A stretch of 64,000 nt of DNA, from contig NIVC01000735.1 of NCBI GenBank assembly GCA_002269645.1, positions 124,001-188,000 of the forward strand, given 5' to 3'. The position numbers and the translations under genes were made by a program. Source of the DNA: Macrostomum lignano (Eukaryota). Positions 35,626-47,681 of this stretch are shown here, piece after piece. Numbering within the stretch: position 1 is the first letter of the stretch; every line of letters begins with the position of its first letter. The notes below the pieces were generated by a model. That model was not told the origin of the DNA and did no database searches. It saw only the letters and a program-made list of their open reading frames with translations.

Positions 35626-37289
35626 GACCTCCGCGTCCTCACTGGGATGCTGTATGTTCCTGTATTTTACGATTTCCTCGCCACTTAAAAATTGTTTAAT
35701 TTTTTTCGACCTGTTCTCTCGAGCCTGCCCCACTTGTTTGGACTGAATCCAGATTCCGCCTGGCAAAAAACTTGATCAATATATTCTGCTGCGCTAATTT
35801 TGCTATTGCCTTATTTTACAGAAGCTTATAAGTTTTAAAACGTGCTCAATGCAGTGCTCATTGCAGTACTTGCAAATTGACACGTTTCCCTTTGTTTGTA
35901 TGAGTGACCCCGAACTGGCCATTGTGTGCGCAAGAAGTTTTATCAAAAAGGAAAAAATAAAGCATCGGCCACCGCAGCCGATATTAACAGATCGGCTGCT
36001 ACTGCCGGGTAGCAGCTGAAGTTCCCAGCTTATAGTGATCAAAATGGTGCAATCTGCAGCACGTCATACTTTGAGCCTTCGCATTCATTTTGGTTCATGC
36101 CGGTCGTTGTTGCCAATTAATTCTCGAATCAAGGATTGCGACTCCTCCACACGGGATTCCGGTAGATCTACATGTAGACTAAAATCGACATCATACACAA
36201 GCAACAATTGACTTCTACTTTCTCCCTTTTAGAATTAGAAACATAAATATATGGTGCAATTGATATTGTAAATGCAGCATAGCACACAGAAGAGTTGGAA
36301 GATGTTAATCGACCTGCAGAAACATGTACATGTACATTACATAAAATAGAGTACAGCAAACGAAAAGGACAATCGTACTCGTACGTATCAAGGACAGTTG
36401 TACCTATAATATGGATTGGTTTGCCTAAAAGCAAAAAATTACTTGTAGAAAGCATTCAAGCAGCAGATTACAACATTTCTTACATGTATATTTTAGCACA
36501 GTAATGATGAAACATGGTTATCGTACACATACATGTTACATGTACTTTGAAAGAAAAGTAACAGTACACATGTACTTGATTATACAAGCACAGAAATGAA
36601 TGCATACAGTGTACATATGTACATGTGCATGATGCATCATGCCCTTGCAAGATGCATACATGATTACATGTGTAAGTACTGTATGTACACGTACTTTGCG
36701 TACCCTGAGCTATTGATAGTTTCACATGTTAGCATGTTTGCATGTTTTGCCAGAAAATATCGGGCCTGAGACATACCTGGGATTTTCACGTCGAGACCCA
36801 TGGGACGGGCCTCGGAGACCCGGACAGCTCATTCAATCAACAAAGAACAGAGAGGCTGTATAAAAGTACATGTAGCTATGCCTTTCTTATTATGCTATAT
36901 AGTGCAATAAAGAGTTATAGTGAGGATACAATAGTATAGTTCACTCTCACTTACTGTAGAACAAAACTGAGTCTATTATTCTATGGGAAAAGCAGAATAA
37001 CATTTAATGCAAACAACAACTATATCATGCAAAGGTGTGGTTTTTAGACTGTGGGCTTCTGATTTTGCTGTCGAAGGCTCAATTGAAATAACAGTCTCAG
37101 GATTTTCATTTTGCATGTCTAACTTCAGTCTATGACTTAATCATAAAATAATCGTACAAAGCCTAGAGGACAACAGCATTTACAATTTATTCATTCATTT
37201 CTATCCATTCACCATCTCGTACAGCCGCTACTCAAACAAGGAACCTTAGGGCTCTGGAACTTCTCAATTTATCAGCTGATAAACTTCTT

Positions 37290-37702
37290 AGCTGTGGATG
37301 ATGAGGAGCCCATGGAGGTCAGCAGACCCTCTATCTTAGAAGAGATGGAAGAGGAGCTGCTACGCAAATCCCCGAGCAACTAGCCATGCCTGCAGATAAA
37401 TCTGCAGCACAGCGTCGCAGCTTCGGTCAACCTTATGAGGCATGCCGAACGTGACAAGCCGGGTCTCATCCTAGTCCAAGAACCTTGGACTGTTAAAGGA
37501 AAGCCCCAACACGTGCCCGGTGGGTATCAGTGTTTTAGCACGTGACTAAGTCACGTGACGGAACACCGCCACCTAGAGCTTGCATCTACGTGGTGAACTC
37601 CTTCAATGCTTGGCTCAGAGGAGACCTTTCAAATGGGGACCTCTGCGTCATTCAAACGGAAAACCTCCTACCGGGAAAGACGGCCCTGATCGCCTCGGTT
37701 TG
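37290..37702 (+). mobile_element. Non-LTR retrotransposon fragment: ORF1 end and apurinic endonuclease (APE) N-terminus, R1/LOA-like
   Basis: CLQINLQHSVAASVNL...GLILVQEPW..G...Y..[8-bp insertion]..PPRACIYV...GDLCVI...LIAS matches the start of LINE APE domains (QINL.HS.AA, LIQEPW, PRACI). Confidence 0.8.
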
Positions 37703-37908
37703 AGCAGTACATCTGTAATCAATTAACTTCATTTGATTTAGCCGTTCATAAAATCATTCAGTTTGTTCAGCAAAATTAGCGAAAAGGCACAAGTTTTGCT
37801 CGTTGATTCCACATAAAGTATCACCGTTGGATTTCAGCATGAAAATCGAGCTTATGAAAACAATTTTTGGCGTTGCGCATACAGAAAGCAAAAAACAAGG
37901 AGTTATTT

Positions 37909-38117
37909 AGCTGATAGCTGATAGCTGATAGCTGATAGCTGATTATTCAGCTGATTTAGAGATATTTTTCTGGCACCCATTTTACAGCTGGGTGAACTGA
38001 AACAATGCAGAGTTAAGTGTCTTGCTCAAGGACAAAAATTGTTCTGAGTGGGTCGAAAATCGAACCCCCGACCATTGAGTCGTGAGTCCTATGCTCTAAC
38101 CACTATACTACAACCCG
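37909..38117 (-). mobile_element. tRNA-derived SINE with CORE-like central domain and (ATCAGCT)n tail
   Basis: Minus strand: GCGGGTTGTAGTATAGTGGTTAGAGC..GGGGGTTCGATTTTCGACCCA (A/B boxes), then GTCCTTGAGCAAGACACTTAACTCTGCATTGTTTCAGTTCACCCAGCTGTAAATGGG, which aligns by eye to the MIR CORE (CCTTGGGCAAGTCACTTAACCTCTCTG.GCCTCAGTTTCCTCATCTGTAAAATGGG). 7-bp repeats at 37909-37943. Confidence 0.75.
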
Positions 38118-38136
38118 CAGAAATTTTCTGGGTCGT

Positions 38137-39084
38137 TTACTGCAATAGTGGCATCTCACCATTTTTCTTGTGGGTGGCGCCACCGCCTCCGCCAGCAGCC
38201 AGCAGCAGCAGCTGGTCGCCCGTCCGGTACACGAAGCTGCCGCCGCCTCCTTCGTAGTCTAGGGAGGTGGATCCGCCCATCTGACCCACAACGATGCTAA
38301 GTTGGGTTCCAGCCGTCAGGTTGACTCTGGCGCTCACCTGGGCTCCCGGGCCTCCAATGGTGCTCTTCAAGATGTTGCCGCCTCCTCTGACACCGGCAGC
38401 CTCAATCAGGTAGCAGCCGCTGGCGGGAGCCGTGAAGGTTTCAATCGATCCGTTTCTGTCCGAGCTGCTGTCTTCAGGGGTTCATGCAATGTCCAATATA
38501 ATTTATGACGTTGGGTTCATGCAATGTCCAATTTAATTTATGAAGTTTTGTGGTGCAACGATTTTTACCGACATTCAAACTTTCATATCTCGTGACTCAC
38601 TTCTCAGCAGCACTGCAGCTGACGTCAAGCTCATCAGGTATTGCTCAAATTCTTCCGCTTTCCACAAAGTCACAGCGCTGTCATCGGGCCGGGGCGAACC
38701 GAGTTGACTTCCGTTTGGGCCGTCGGGTTGCCCCGACGACTCATTGCTGAGAATGACTGCCCGACAGCCTCTGGCGGTCTTGTTTAGCTCGGCGACAGCG
38801 CAGCTTTTTCCGAGAGACCTCGGTCTCAATGAGCAAGCTGCTCACAGAGTCACTCAGCTCAACGGAGCCGCCGATGACAGATCGATTGAAACGTTTACCG
38901 CTCATAGCGTCCGTTACTGAAATTTGAGCAAAAATGTAAGAGTATTAATTAAGCAGTTCACATCGATTTCTTTGCTTGTAGCCGACCAGTAAGTGAGCGA
39001 CGAGTTGCAGTAGCCACAGAGAAAGGCACGTGGAGCTAACTCACCGCATACAATCACAATGGCCAAAATGACCGATGAATTCAT
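38137..39084 (-). CDS. Secreted protein: signal peptide, PAN/apple-like segment, ALK/LTK-type glycine-rich domain (partial, one frameshift)
   Basis: Exon 39084-39045: MNSSVILAIVIVC|GTGAGT. Exon ~38916-38599 contains SCAVAE...CRAV with a frameshift in an A5 run (~38807). Exon from ~38475: GSIETFTAPASGCYLIEAAGVRGGG...GGPGAQVSARVNLTAGTQLSIVVGQMGG...GGGGSFV...LLLAAGGGGGA, the ALK/LTK Gly-rich signature. Confidence 0.7.
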
Positions 39085-39733
39085 AGTCACAAGATAGTCG
39101 AGATAGTCGAGAAGTTTTCAGCTGTGGATTTTAGCTAGATAGATGGTTTGCGGGGAGATATTGGCAGACCTGATGGGAAGCAGGTAGATCTGCTTTAGGC
39201 ATTTTTTGCAGTTAGGAGCACAGAATGCAGCCCATCCATGATGACGTATGGGAGCTGGGAGATGGGGAGCTCCCGAGCCTTAGCTGTCGCAACAAAACCC
39301 TTGATCACAGTAGCGCATTCCAACAAGATAGCACCACCCCAACCAGTTCCAAAAATATTTATAGCTGCGTGGCCGCTTCAAGCATCCATCAAATGCCTCT
39401 GTCAGTCGCTTGAGGTTCCTACTCTAACTTACTACTATAGTATAGTATATTAGCTTTCCAATTAAAGCTCGTATGTGCCAACCCTGAAACACGAATCCTT
39501 CTGCTGCTAATTAGCTGTTATAATCTCTCGCTTCCTATGTTTATGTATAAGAGCGGTTTGGCTCCACACAGGATAGGCACTCGATCTTGTCCTGTTCAAT
39601 TTTTATTCATCCATAACATAACTTTATAACGGTTTGGATTTGGGGTGTTCGCGACTGCAATTTTTTCGGGGTTCGTTCGGGGTACCGAAACCCGAGCGGA
39701 CCCTGACCTACCCTAACCCCGAACTTTTTGACA

Positions 39734-39995
<262 letters not shown>

Positions 39996-41157
39996 TATTT
40001 TATTCAAAGTAACGACTGAAAGCTAAAAACAGCTTGTATAAATCACATGTAATCATGCACACTTAAACCCGATCGAAATCATGTACACGTTAGAGGGTAA
40101 CAATAGTTAAATTTTAATTTTTCCTAGTCATTTTTTAGACGTTATATAATTTTATAATAACTATGCTCTGAACTTAGTGTGCCTGGCTTACATTTAATAG
40201 ATGCTGTCATATTTTCTAGCGTTTTTGCAACTACACCGGCTTTGAATTTCGTTATTAACGAGGTTTTAGTACAATGTCAGCCATTTTGTTTTTCTGTTTT
40301 TAGATTGACGCAGTACTTCATTACAACAACATCTCTACATTATATCTTGCAAAATGTTTCGAGTTTTACGTGAAATAATTTTCTTAGCGCATCGTGGGTG
40401 TAATAAGAATGTAATAATTTATTTTAAGACAAATATGTTTGCTTTTAACCTTTAAAATCATTTGTTTTAGTAAGTTTCGTATTATGAACAGTTAACATGT
40501 GCTTCTTGGCTTAAGGCCTAAGGGCCTAGTCATGCTTTTCTCATCAGCATGCGCTGTTTCCTTGGGCCTAATCCTAGTATTTCGATCAGTGATGATATTG
40601 TGATCGATAATCAGTTGAAATAATTCAGTTCAGTTCAATTCTATTCTATACTAGGCAGGTAGGCGGCCTGTCTCTATCTAGACTATAATATACTCTAGGC
40701 CTATTTACCTTTTTAATTTAATATAGGGCCTAGGGCCTAGCCACAGTAGAGATAGGGGCATAGGGGCCTAGCCCACATAGGTTTGTTTAGTGATTTTTAC
40801 CACCCAGCTATTTAGGCCATAATGGCTGAAAGGGTTGTGGTAAGACTACAGATGCAAGAAAATACATGAAAATAATGTAACGAAGTAAAGTATAATTATG
40901 AATTAATATAACGAAGTAAACTAGAACTATGCCAAGATCTTGGCTCTCATAGTAGCATGTTTTTATTTGCTAATAGAAGAGCAACTTTATTGATTTTTGA
41001 TGATGATTTTGATTGATTTTTAATGTCAATGATTTTTGATTAGATGATTTTCAACTTTAAATTATATTCATATCATACCATAGGCTTTAAAAGTTAAAAC
41101 ATGGATGTTGGACTATGTTGGACTAAGATATTGGACTAATTTCTGTATTAAAATAAA

Positions 41158-42036
41158 CAGTGTTGGGCACCAGTCCGTTAATAAGTGTTAATCCGTTAAT
41201 AAGCGTTAATAAGCGTTAAGATTTTTCATTAACGTTAACGGACTGTCGTTAAGATTTTTTTGAACTAACGGATTAACGAATTTGCGTTAAAACTTTTGTG
41301 AATTAACGATAAATTCATCGTTAACGGTAGTGTCTATGTCAATGACCAAAGACGCAAAGAAGGAACGAAAAATAGAAGTCTTACAAGAAGTTTAAACATT
41401 ACAACGTATTTGAGCTACCTATATGCCTAAATATAATCTCTTTATTTATGACGATGATCATACAGACGTACATGTAATTAACAACTTCTTACAAATAAAC
41501 TTTAAAATAATGAATTAAAATAGTGTGAAACTTTATTTCTTGCGCGTGAGCATCGATCGCTTTGATTCACTTCTGTCCCAATCTTTCGCAACTTTCTGCT
41601 GCGCCTGCTAATGGTACTGAAACAACCTTCCTATGCGTATTTAATTATGAATTTCTCGCTATTAGCTTTTAAGTTTCAAATAAAATAAGTTTCTTTTTTT
41701 ACCATATGCTTTACTTTTAGTAGTATTATGCATGCAAGTTTTTAAAATGATTATTTATTACTTTTTTAGCTTTCAAATCGCTTAGATGACCTCTGTGTTT
41801 CGCTAAAAAGATGGAATAGCAGACATGCAATACGAAGTCTGTTTTGGAAAAAAATGTGCAAGATTTCCGTATTTTCTGTGTTAACTTAAACGGATTAACG
41901 CTTATTAACAATTATCAGTTAACTTTCAGTTAACTTAACGAAATTAGGAGTTAAAAAGTTAAGATTTTTTTGTTTTAACGCTAACGCTTTTGCTATTAAC
42001 GGAAGTTAAGATTTTCATTAACGGTGCCCAACACTG
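41158..42036. mobile_element. 879-bp non-autonomous hAT-type DNA transposon (MITE)
   Basis: Perfect 14-bp TIRs CAGTGTTGGGCACC / GGTGCCCAACACTG; identical 8-bp flanks AAAATAAA (41150-41157 and 42037-42044); dense subterminal (C)GTTAA(C) motifs at both ends; no ORF. Confidence 0.92.
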
Positions 42037-42775
42037 AAAATAAATAGTCTAATTTAATATTTAAGAGTTAACTAGGAATGATAAAAACATTGCATTGTAA
42101 TAGTTTGATAACTAATCATTCTATAATTAGAAGCAGATGAATTTTTAATGTTAGTCAAGATATTATTGTTTAGTTGTTATAAAAATATATTATAACTTTT
42201 TCTAGGATCTTTCATCATTTTGTTTTATTTGCTTTCATTTCTAAGAAATTTGACAAATTTGTCATTCAAATGTTAAAGTCTTACAGATTGTTCCAAGTTG
42301 TCATCATGATATGACAATTTAAAATATAACAATTTTGACTATACCCCAATATTTAACTATATTATATACATTTACCTGGTCTTTTTATATGCCAACTGTG
42401 TATATGTAATGTTTAACCAAGAAATTCTATCTACTAAGTGCATGTCAAGATTGTCAACTTAGGCAAAAATATACTAGAAAATTTGATATAAAGGCCATCT
42501 TCTAGACTTTGAAGTGTTACTTTTTAATAGGGTTCTTTATTCATATTTATTTTGATCTAAAAATTATACTTGATAGCCTTTAATCAATTTTTTATTCAAA
42601 TAAGTTTTTGTTAGTTTTTAACTCTCAAGGTTTTTATCAATAAATAAACCTATTTTTTACTAAGGCTATTTTTTAAAAGCTAGAATAATTAATTCTTTAT
42701 TAAATTATGGGTATTGTATATATGCCTATAGTAAAAAATTGTTGGATAAAGTAAATGGAATTTTTAAAACCTTAG

Positions 42776-43283
42776 CTATAGTTCCCTATTAAACTAATTG
42801 ACAAAACGCGGACAACAGTCTGTCGCATTTTCGGATTCTCCTGGTGTCACATCGGGCAACAGTGGTGTCAAGTGGTGTGTCGCATCATGCGACACTGGAA
42901 ACCTGGTGTCATCATGCATCGCGTCGCGGCCTGGACCTGTAGCCAAAACCTTGCAAACTGTGTTTCATTGTAATATGTTCACGGTTGTTTCTCAGTATTT
43001 AAATGTTTCAAACATGTTTGATAATAACTTTTTTTTCAAAGTGTCCATGGTCTTGGTGTCGGGAGTGAATGTCAGAATGGGAATTGTCAATTGCAACGTG
43101 GCTGCTGTGGCGTCCCCCGGCCCCCCCCCCCAGTCATTCGGTCAACAGACATTGGTGTTGCATCGCGCATCGCCGCCCCCCAGTCAACAAAATTTGGTGT
43201 TGCGTCGCGCTTTTGAGGGCACAATTTTGGCACCCGTGTCACGCGTCCGCGGGTTTTTGAAACTTATTCCAATAGGGCTATAG
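42776..43283. mobile_element. ~500-bp GC-rich MITE-like insertion with imperfect ~37-bp TIRs
   Basis: Left end CTATAGTTCCCTATTAAACTAATTGACAAAACGCGGAC vs reverse complement of the right end CTATAGCCCTATTGGAATAAGTTTCAAAAACCCGCGGAC; internal TGTCGC motifs; sits in very AT-rich DNA. Confidence 0.6.
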
Positions 43284-43769
43284 TTAGCAGATCAGATGCC
43301 TTATAATATTATTAAATTATCATTCTTTACTTAGTGTTTATATATTTGCTTTAGAAGCATATGCAATTTATATACATATTTTTAGAACATTCTATTGCAT
43401 ACAATGTGCTATACACACAATGAAAAAAATTTTAGCCAAGCAATAAAAAAAAATAATATGCATACAAACAATAGAACAACATATGATAATAAGTATAGCT
43501 AAGCAGGGTCATCATAGGGGTGCCACCAAATTTGTCAATATCTAATTCATCAAAAAAGTTGACAAATTCAGTTTTCATTATAATGCACTGTTGACAAATT
43601 TGATCACCTGACAATACACTATTGCCTATGTATTGTATCTGGATACTTAACTGTGTACAATGTGGTATTATGTACATAGCATTGATTGTCAAACTGGGTT
43701 AATTATTAAATTAGACCTAAATATAGAATACCAAATCCATAATCCAACCCGCTGTTGCTGGTGCAAAAA

Positions 43770-46326
43770 ATGATCGAACTGCCAGACGAGTTGATGCAGC
43801 ACATCCCTGCCGATGAGGGCCAGGGCGGCTCCAGCATGCACATCCAGCTGGGCAGCAGCAGCGGTGACGAGGTGATTGAGCTGCCAGCTGAAGTGATTCA
43901 GCAGATCCAGGCTCAGGCAGCTGGCGGTCCCGTTCAGATCCAGCTGACAACGAGCAACAATGAGACATTCGAGCTGTCATCTGAGGTGATTGAGCAGATC
44001 CAGGCGCAGGCAGACGGAGGCCCGATCCAGATCCAGCTGACGTCGGGCGGCGCCGAGGAGGCAGAGGAGGCGGGCGGCGCGGTGCAGGCGTACTCGCAGG
44101 ATGCGAGGAGGTCGCGGGGCGGCCAGCAGGGCAAAGACCAGCTGGTGTACCAGTGTAATTATTGTCCGTCAGACTTTACGAATGCCGGTGCGTTCACGAA
44201 GCACCTGCGCGAGCGGCACCTGCTGAAGGCGTTTGTGTGCCGTCAGTGCGACAAGTACTTTGCCAACCTGAGCGACCTGTTCCTGCACGCGCGGCGCATC
44301 CACGTGGACGCGAAGAAGCCGAAGAGGAACCCGAAGGACTTTCGCTACCACTGCCGGCAGTGCACGTACATGACGAACAACGGCGGCACGTTTGACGCGC
44401 ACCTTCGGGCTCACCGAGGTGAGAAGCCGTTTAAGTGCGACAAGTGCCCGAAGCGGTTCACGCAGCGGTCCAACATGCTGCAACACAGGCGGATGCACTT
44501 TCCCAACATGGACAGGGCGTTCAAGTGCGAGATTTGCAACAAGTCGTTTACCACGTTCGACATACTGGTGGCCCACCTGCGCACTAGGGAGCACGAGCTG
44601 AGGGAGAACTATTCGCAGCTGGGGTCGAGCAGCGTGCACCTGGAGTGCAACGGCTGCTCGGTGACGTTCGACAGCATCTACACGCTGAAGAAGCACACGA
44701 GGAGCTGCCCGACAGTGCGGAGTCTGCAGGCGAAGTTCCGCTGCGTGACCTGCAACTGCTACATCAACGAGCTGTCGGATCTGAAGTCGCACGTGAAGGC
44801 TCACTCGAGCATCACTCTGATCTCGTGCCCGATCTGTGGCGAGAAGGGCTTCCCGGGGTTCAACCAGCTGAACCACCACATCACCCGGGCGCACGCGCTG
44901 CGGGTGTCGAAGCGGCACGTGTGTCGCTACTGCATGGCCAGCTTCGAGTCGAAGGAGGAGAAGGAGGCGCACAAGGCGGAGGTGCACAAGGAGGAGCTGG
45001 CGATCCGCGGCTGCCACGACGGTCCGTTCTCGTGCAAGTATCAGAACTGCGACTTTGTGACGAACAGCAAGCCGGACCTGGTGAAGCACCACGCGGTGCA
45101 CAGCCAGAACCGAGACCCGGTGAACCACACGCTGATCAAGGCGCCGCCAAAGTCGACTCGCAAGCCGAAGATGATCAAGACGTTCGAGGAGGCAATGTCG
45201 AAGATTCGGCGAGAGCGCGAGGGCTACACGGACGAGGCGGACAACGAGGACAGGTTCAAGAACGGGAAGGCGGCGGTGATGGAGGGTCCGGACGATGGCG
45301 GTCTGGGCCTCTCGGCGATGGGCCAGTCTGCGTACGAGGCGCTGAAGCGAGTTCAGGAGGCGGAGCGGCGGCTGAACAAGAAGCCCCGGGGCCGGCCGCG
45401 GAAGAACCCGCTGGAGCCGCCGTCCGTCCAGGCCGGACAGAAGACTAGCACCGGACGGCCGATCGGACGGCCGCGGATGGTGCGGACGGGAACTGCGGAG
45501 GCTGGCCGGCAGCGGGTGTTTGAGTACAAGGAGGAGGAGTACATCGCTGGCGACGGGAACTACGTGCGGCCGAATCCGGACACGATCTACGAGGAGGTTT
45601 GTTGCAGTGGCACCTTGAAGAGTCTGTTGCTTGAGATTGGTGCTCATGCTGATGGGTTTGTGGCTGTGGCACCTTGAGGAGTCTGTTGCTTGAGATTGGT
45701 GCTCATGCTGATGGGTTTGTGGCTGTGACATTGTGGTGACCACTGCTGATGGGTTTGTGGTTGTGACATTGTGGTGACCACTGCTGATGGGTTTGTGGCT
45801 GTGGCACTTTGAGGAGTCTGTTGCTTGAGATTGGTGCTCATGCTGATGGGTTTGTGGCTTGTGGCACCTATGGGAAACTGTTGCTTGAGATTGGTGCTCA
45901 TGCTGATGGGTTTGTGGCTGTGACATTGTGGTGCTCATGCTGATGGGTTTGCTGACTATCGGTGCTCAATTCTGTTTGCGTGCACCCTGTAAATGGCTGA
46001 TCGCCCGCCCGCAGGTGGACAACGCCGAGCTGGTGGAGGACTTCGAGGACGACTACGACCCCCGCACGAGCTACACGAGCTCTGGGCGTCGGCGGAAGGC
46101 GCCGGCCTGGCAGAGGGACTACTTCAGCCTCGGCCTGGCCGACTCGGACGAGGAGGCGGCGGCGCAGCGCGAGGAGGAGGAGGAGTACGCGGCCGAGCTG
46201 GAGGACGGCATCAACATTGTGCTGCTGCAGCCCAGCGACCGCGTCATCGGCACCGCCGCACCCGGCTTCCAGCAGGCCGCCGCCTCAGACGCTGGCGCTC
46301 AGGATAACCTCATTGTGGAGGCCTAG
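43770..46326 (+). CDS. C2H2 zinc-finger/AT-hook protein, copy B; exons 43770-45596 and 46015-46326
   Basis: Near-identical reverse complement of copy A; both exon lengths are equal (1827 and 312 nt); few substitutions (e.g. T/A in EEtEE, E/D in LSeLK, K/R in WQkDY). Confidence 0.92.
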
Positions 46327-46595
46327 CGCTCAGGACAACCTCATTGTGGAGGCTTAGCGCTCAGGGCAACCTCATTGTGGAGGCTTAGCGCTCAGGGCAA
46401 CCTCATTGTGGAGGCCTGGCGCTCAGGGCAACCTCATTGTGGAGGCCTAGCGCTCAGGGCAACCTCATTGTGGAGGCCTGGCGCTCAGGGCAACCTCATT
46501 GTGGAGGCCTAGCGCTCAGGGCAACCGCATTGTGGAGGCCTGGCGCTCAGGGCAACCTCATTGTGGAGGCCTGGCGCTCAGGGCAACCGCATTCT
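46297..46595 (+). repeat. 31-bp tandem repeat (~10 units) overlapping the ZF copy B stop codon
   Basis: Same unit as 21663-21852; some units have TAG changed to TGG. Confidence 0.92.
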
Positions 46596-47681
46596 GGAGT
46601 CCTGGCGTTAGTTTGTCTGTAATTAATGTGTTTTAGTTTGAAGTGTACCCAACGACCCTTTACTCTTTTCATCTTACTTATCCAATCTCTTTTTAGTAAT
46701 GCTACTTATAGACGTGGACACTGTTTTGTGCATATGATATTACTTTAGTGTAAGCTCGCTAACTCTTATTGAAGCATTGCATGTGTGCGATGATCCGTTT
46801 GGCTCTTGTTGACCTGCTGAATTATCGTGTTAAGGAATCCTATTTTTCTGTTATCCTAATGACCTTTTTTTATCTTTTATCAGTGTTTGTACTCCATCCG
46901 TACTGTACTGTTAACTCACGGCCGTATCTCTGTATGCACTTACTTGTAGTAATACATTATGTATCCGCACCCATTAAAATTTACTGCATATTGTGTGGCA
47001 TGTAACATTAAATAATATAAAATAATACACCGCTGGCCAACTGGCCACCATCGCCTTTGTTCCATTCTTGGCGACTGAACTCGAAGACCGGCTTCTGTGT
47101 TTCTTCTTCTTTCGAATGTCTGAATTTTTTTTGTTTTTTAGCAGAATTTTAATCACCCGGATGTCATTCCTTTATCTTGAATTCCTACTTGAAGTAGTAT
47201 GTTTACTGGTGTATTCATTTATTGGCGGACCCAGCTAAGAACATTCGGATGCATAATATGCATTTACTCACGCAATCTTGACTTCAACTAGGACACATCA
47301 AATCAATAAGGCTATGCAGATGATATAATTGAGACACGTACTGGGCATAACCAGTCAAATTGCAATTGTAAAAACAGACTGCTAAACTTCTGACCAGCAA
47401 GTCACAGGGCTGTCTCATGCTGGTTACTATTCTCAAATAGAATTAGTTTGACAGTACATGATTTGCTATACTAAAAAGGCAAGAATTTTTGTGCTGATTT
47501 TTTTCTAAAAACCTGCCTTTTAAATTTTCCAAGAAACGTATTTTCTCGCCCTTCCACTTAAGTAGTCCCTGGGTTCGTCTGCTACTTTTGGATCCTTCAA
47601 AACTGACTGCCTCAACTAGTCCAGCTCACCACATTCATGATTAATTCGGATTCAAATTGCCACTAATTTACTTACAGTAGG

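Noticed and set aside
36300-36760. Cluster of TACATGTA palindromes
   Set aside because: Low-complexity AT-rich intergenic DNA with no defined unit or boundaries.
37185-37270. Possible L2-like 3' tail, (ATGA)n on the minus strand
   Set aside because: Too short to support without a profile search.
46974-47156. Short basic minus-strand ORF (RKKKKHRSRSSSS)
   Set aside because: Weak acceptor and no partner exons found.
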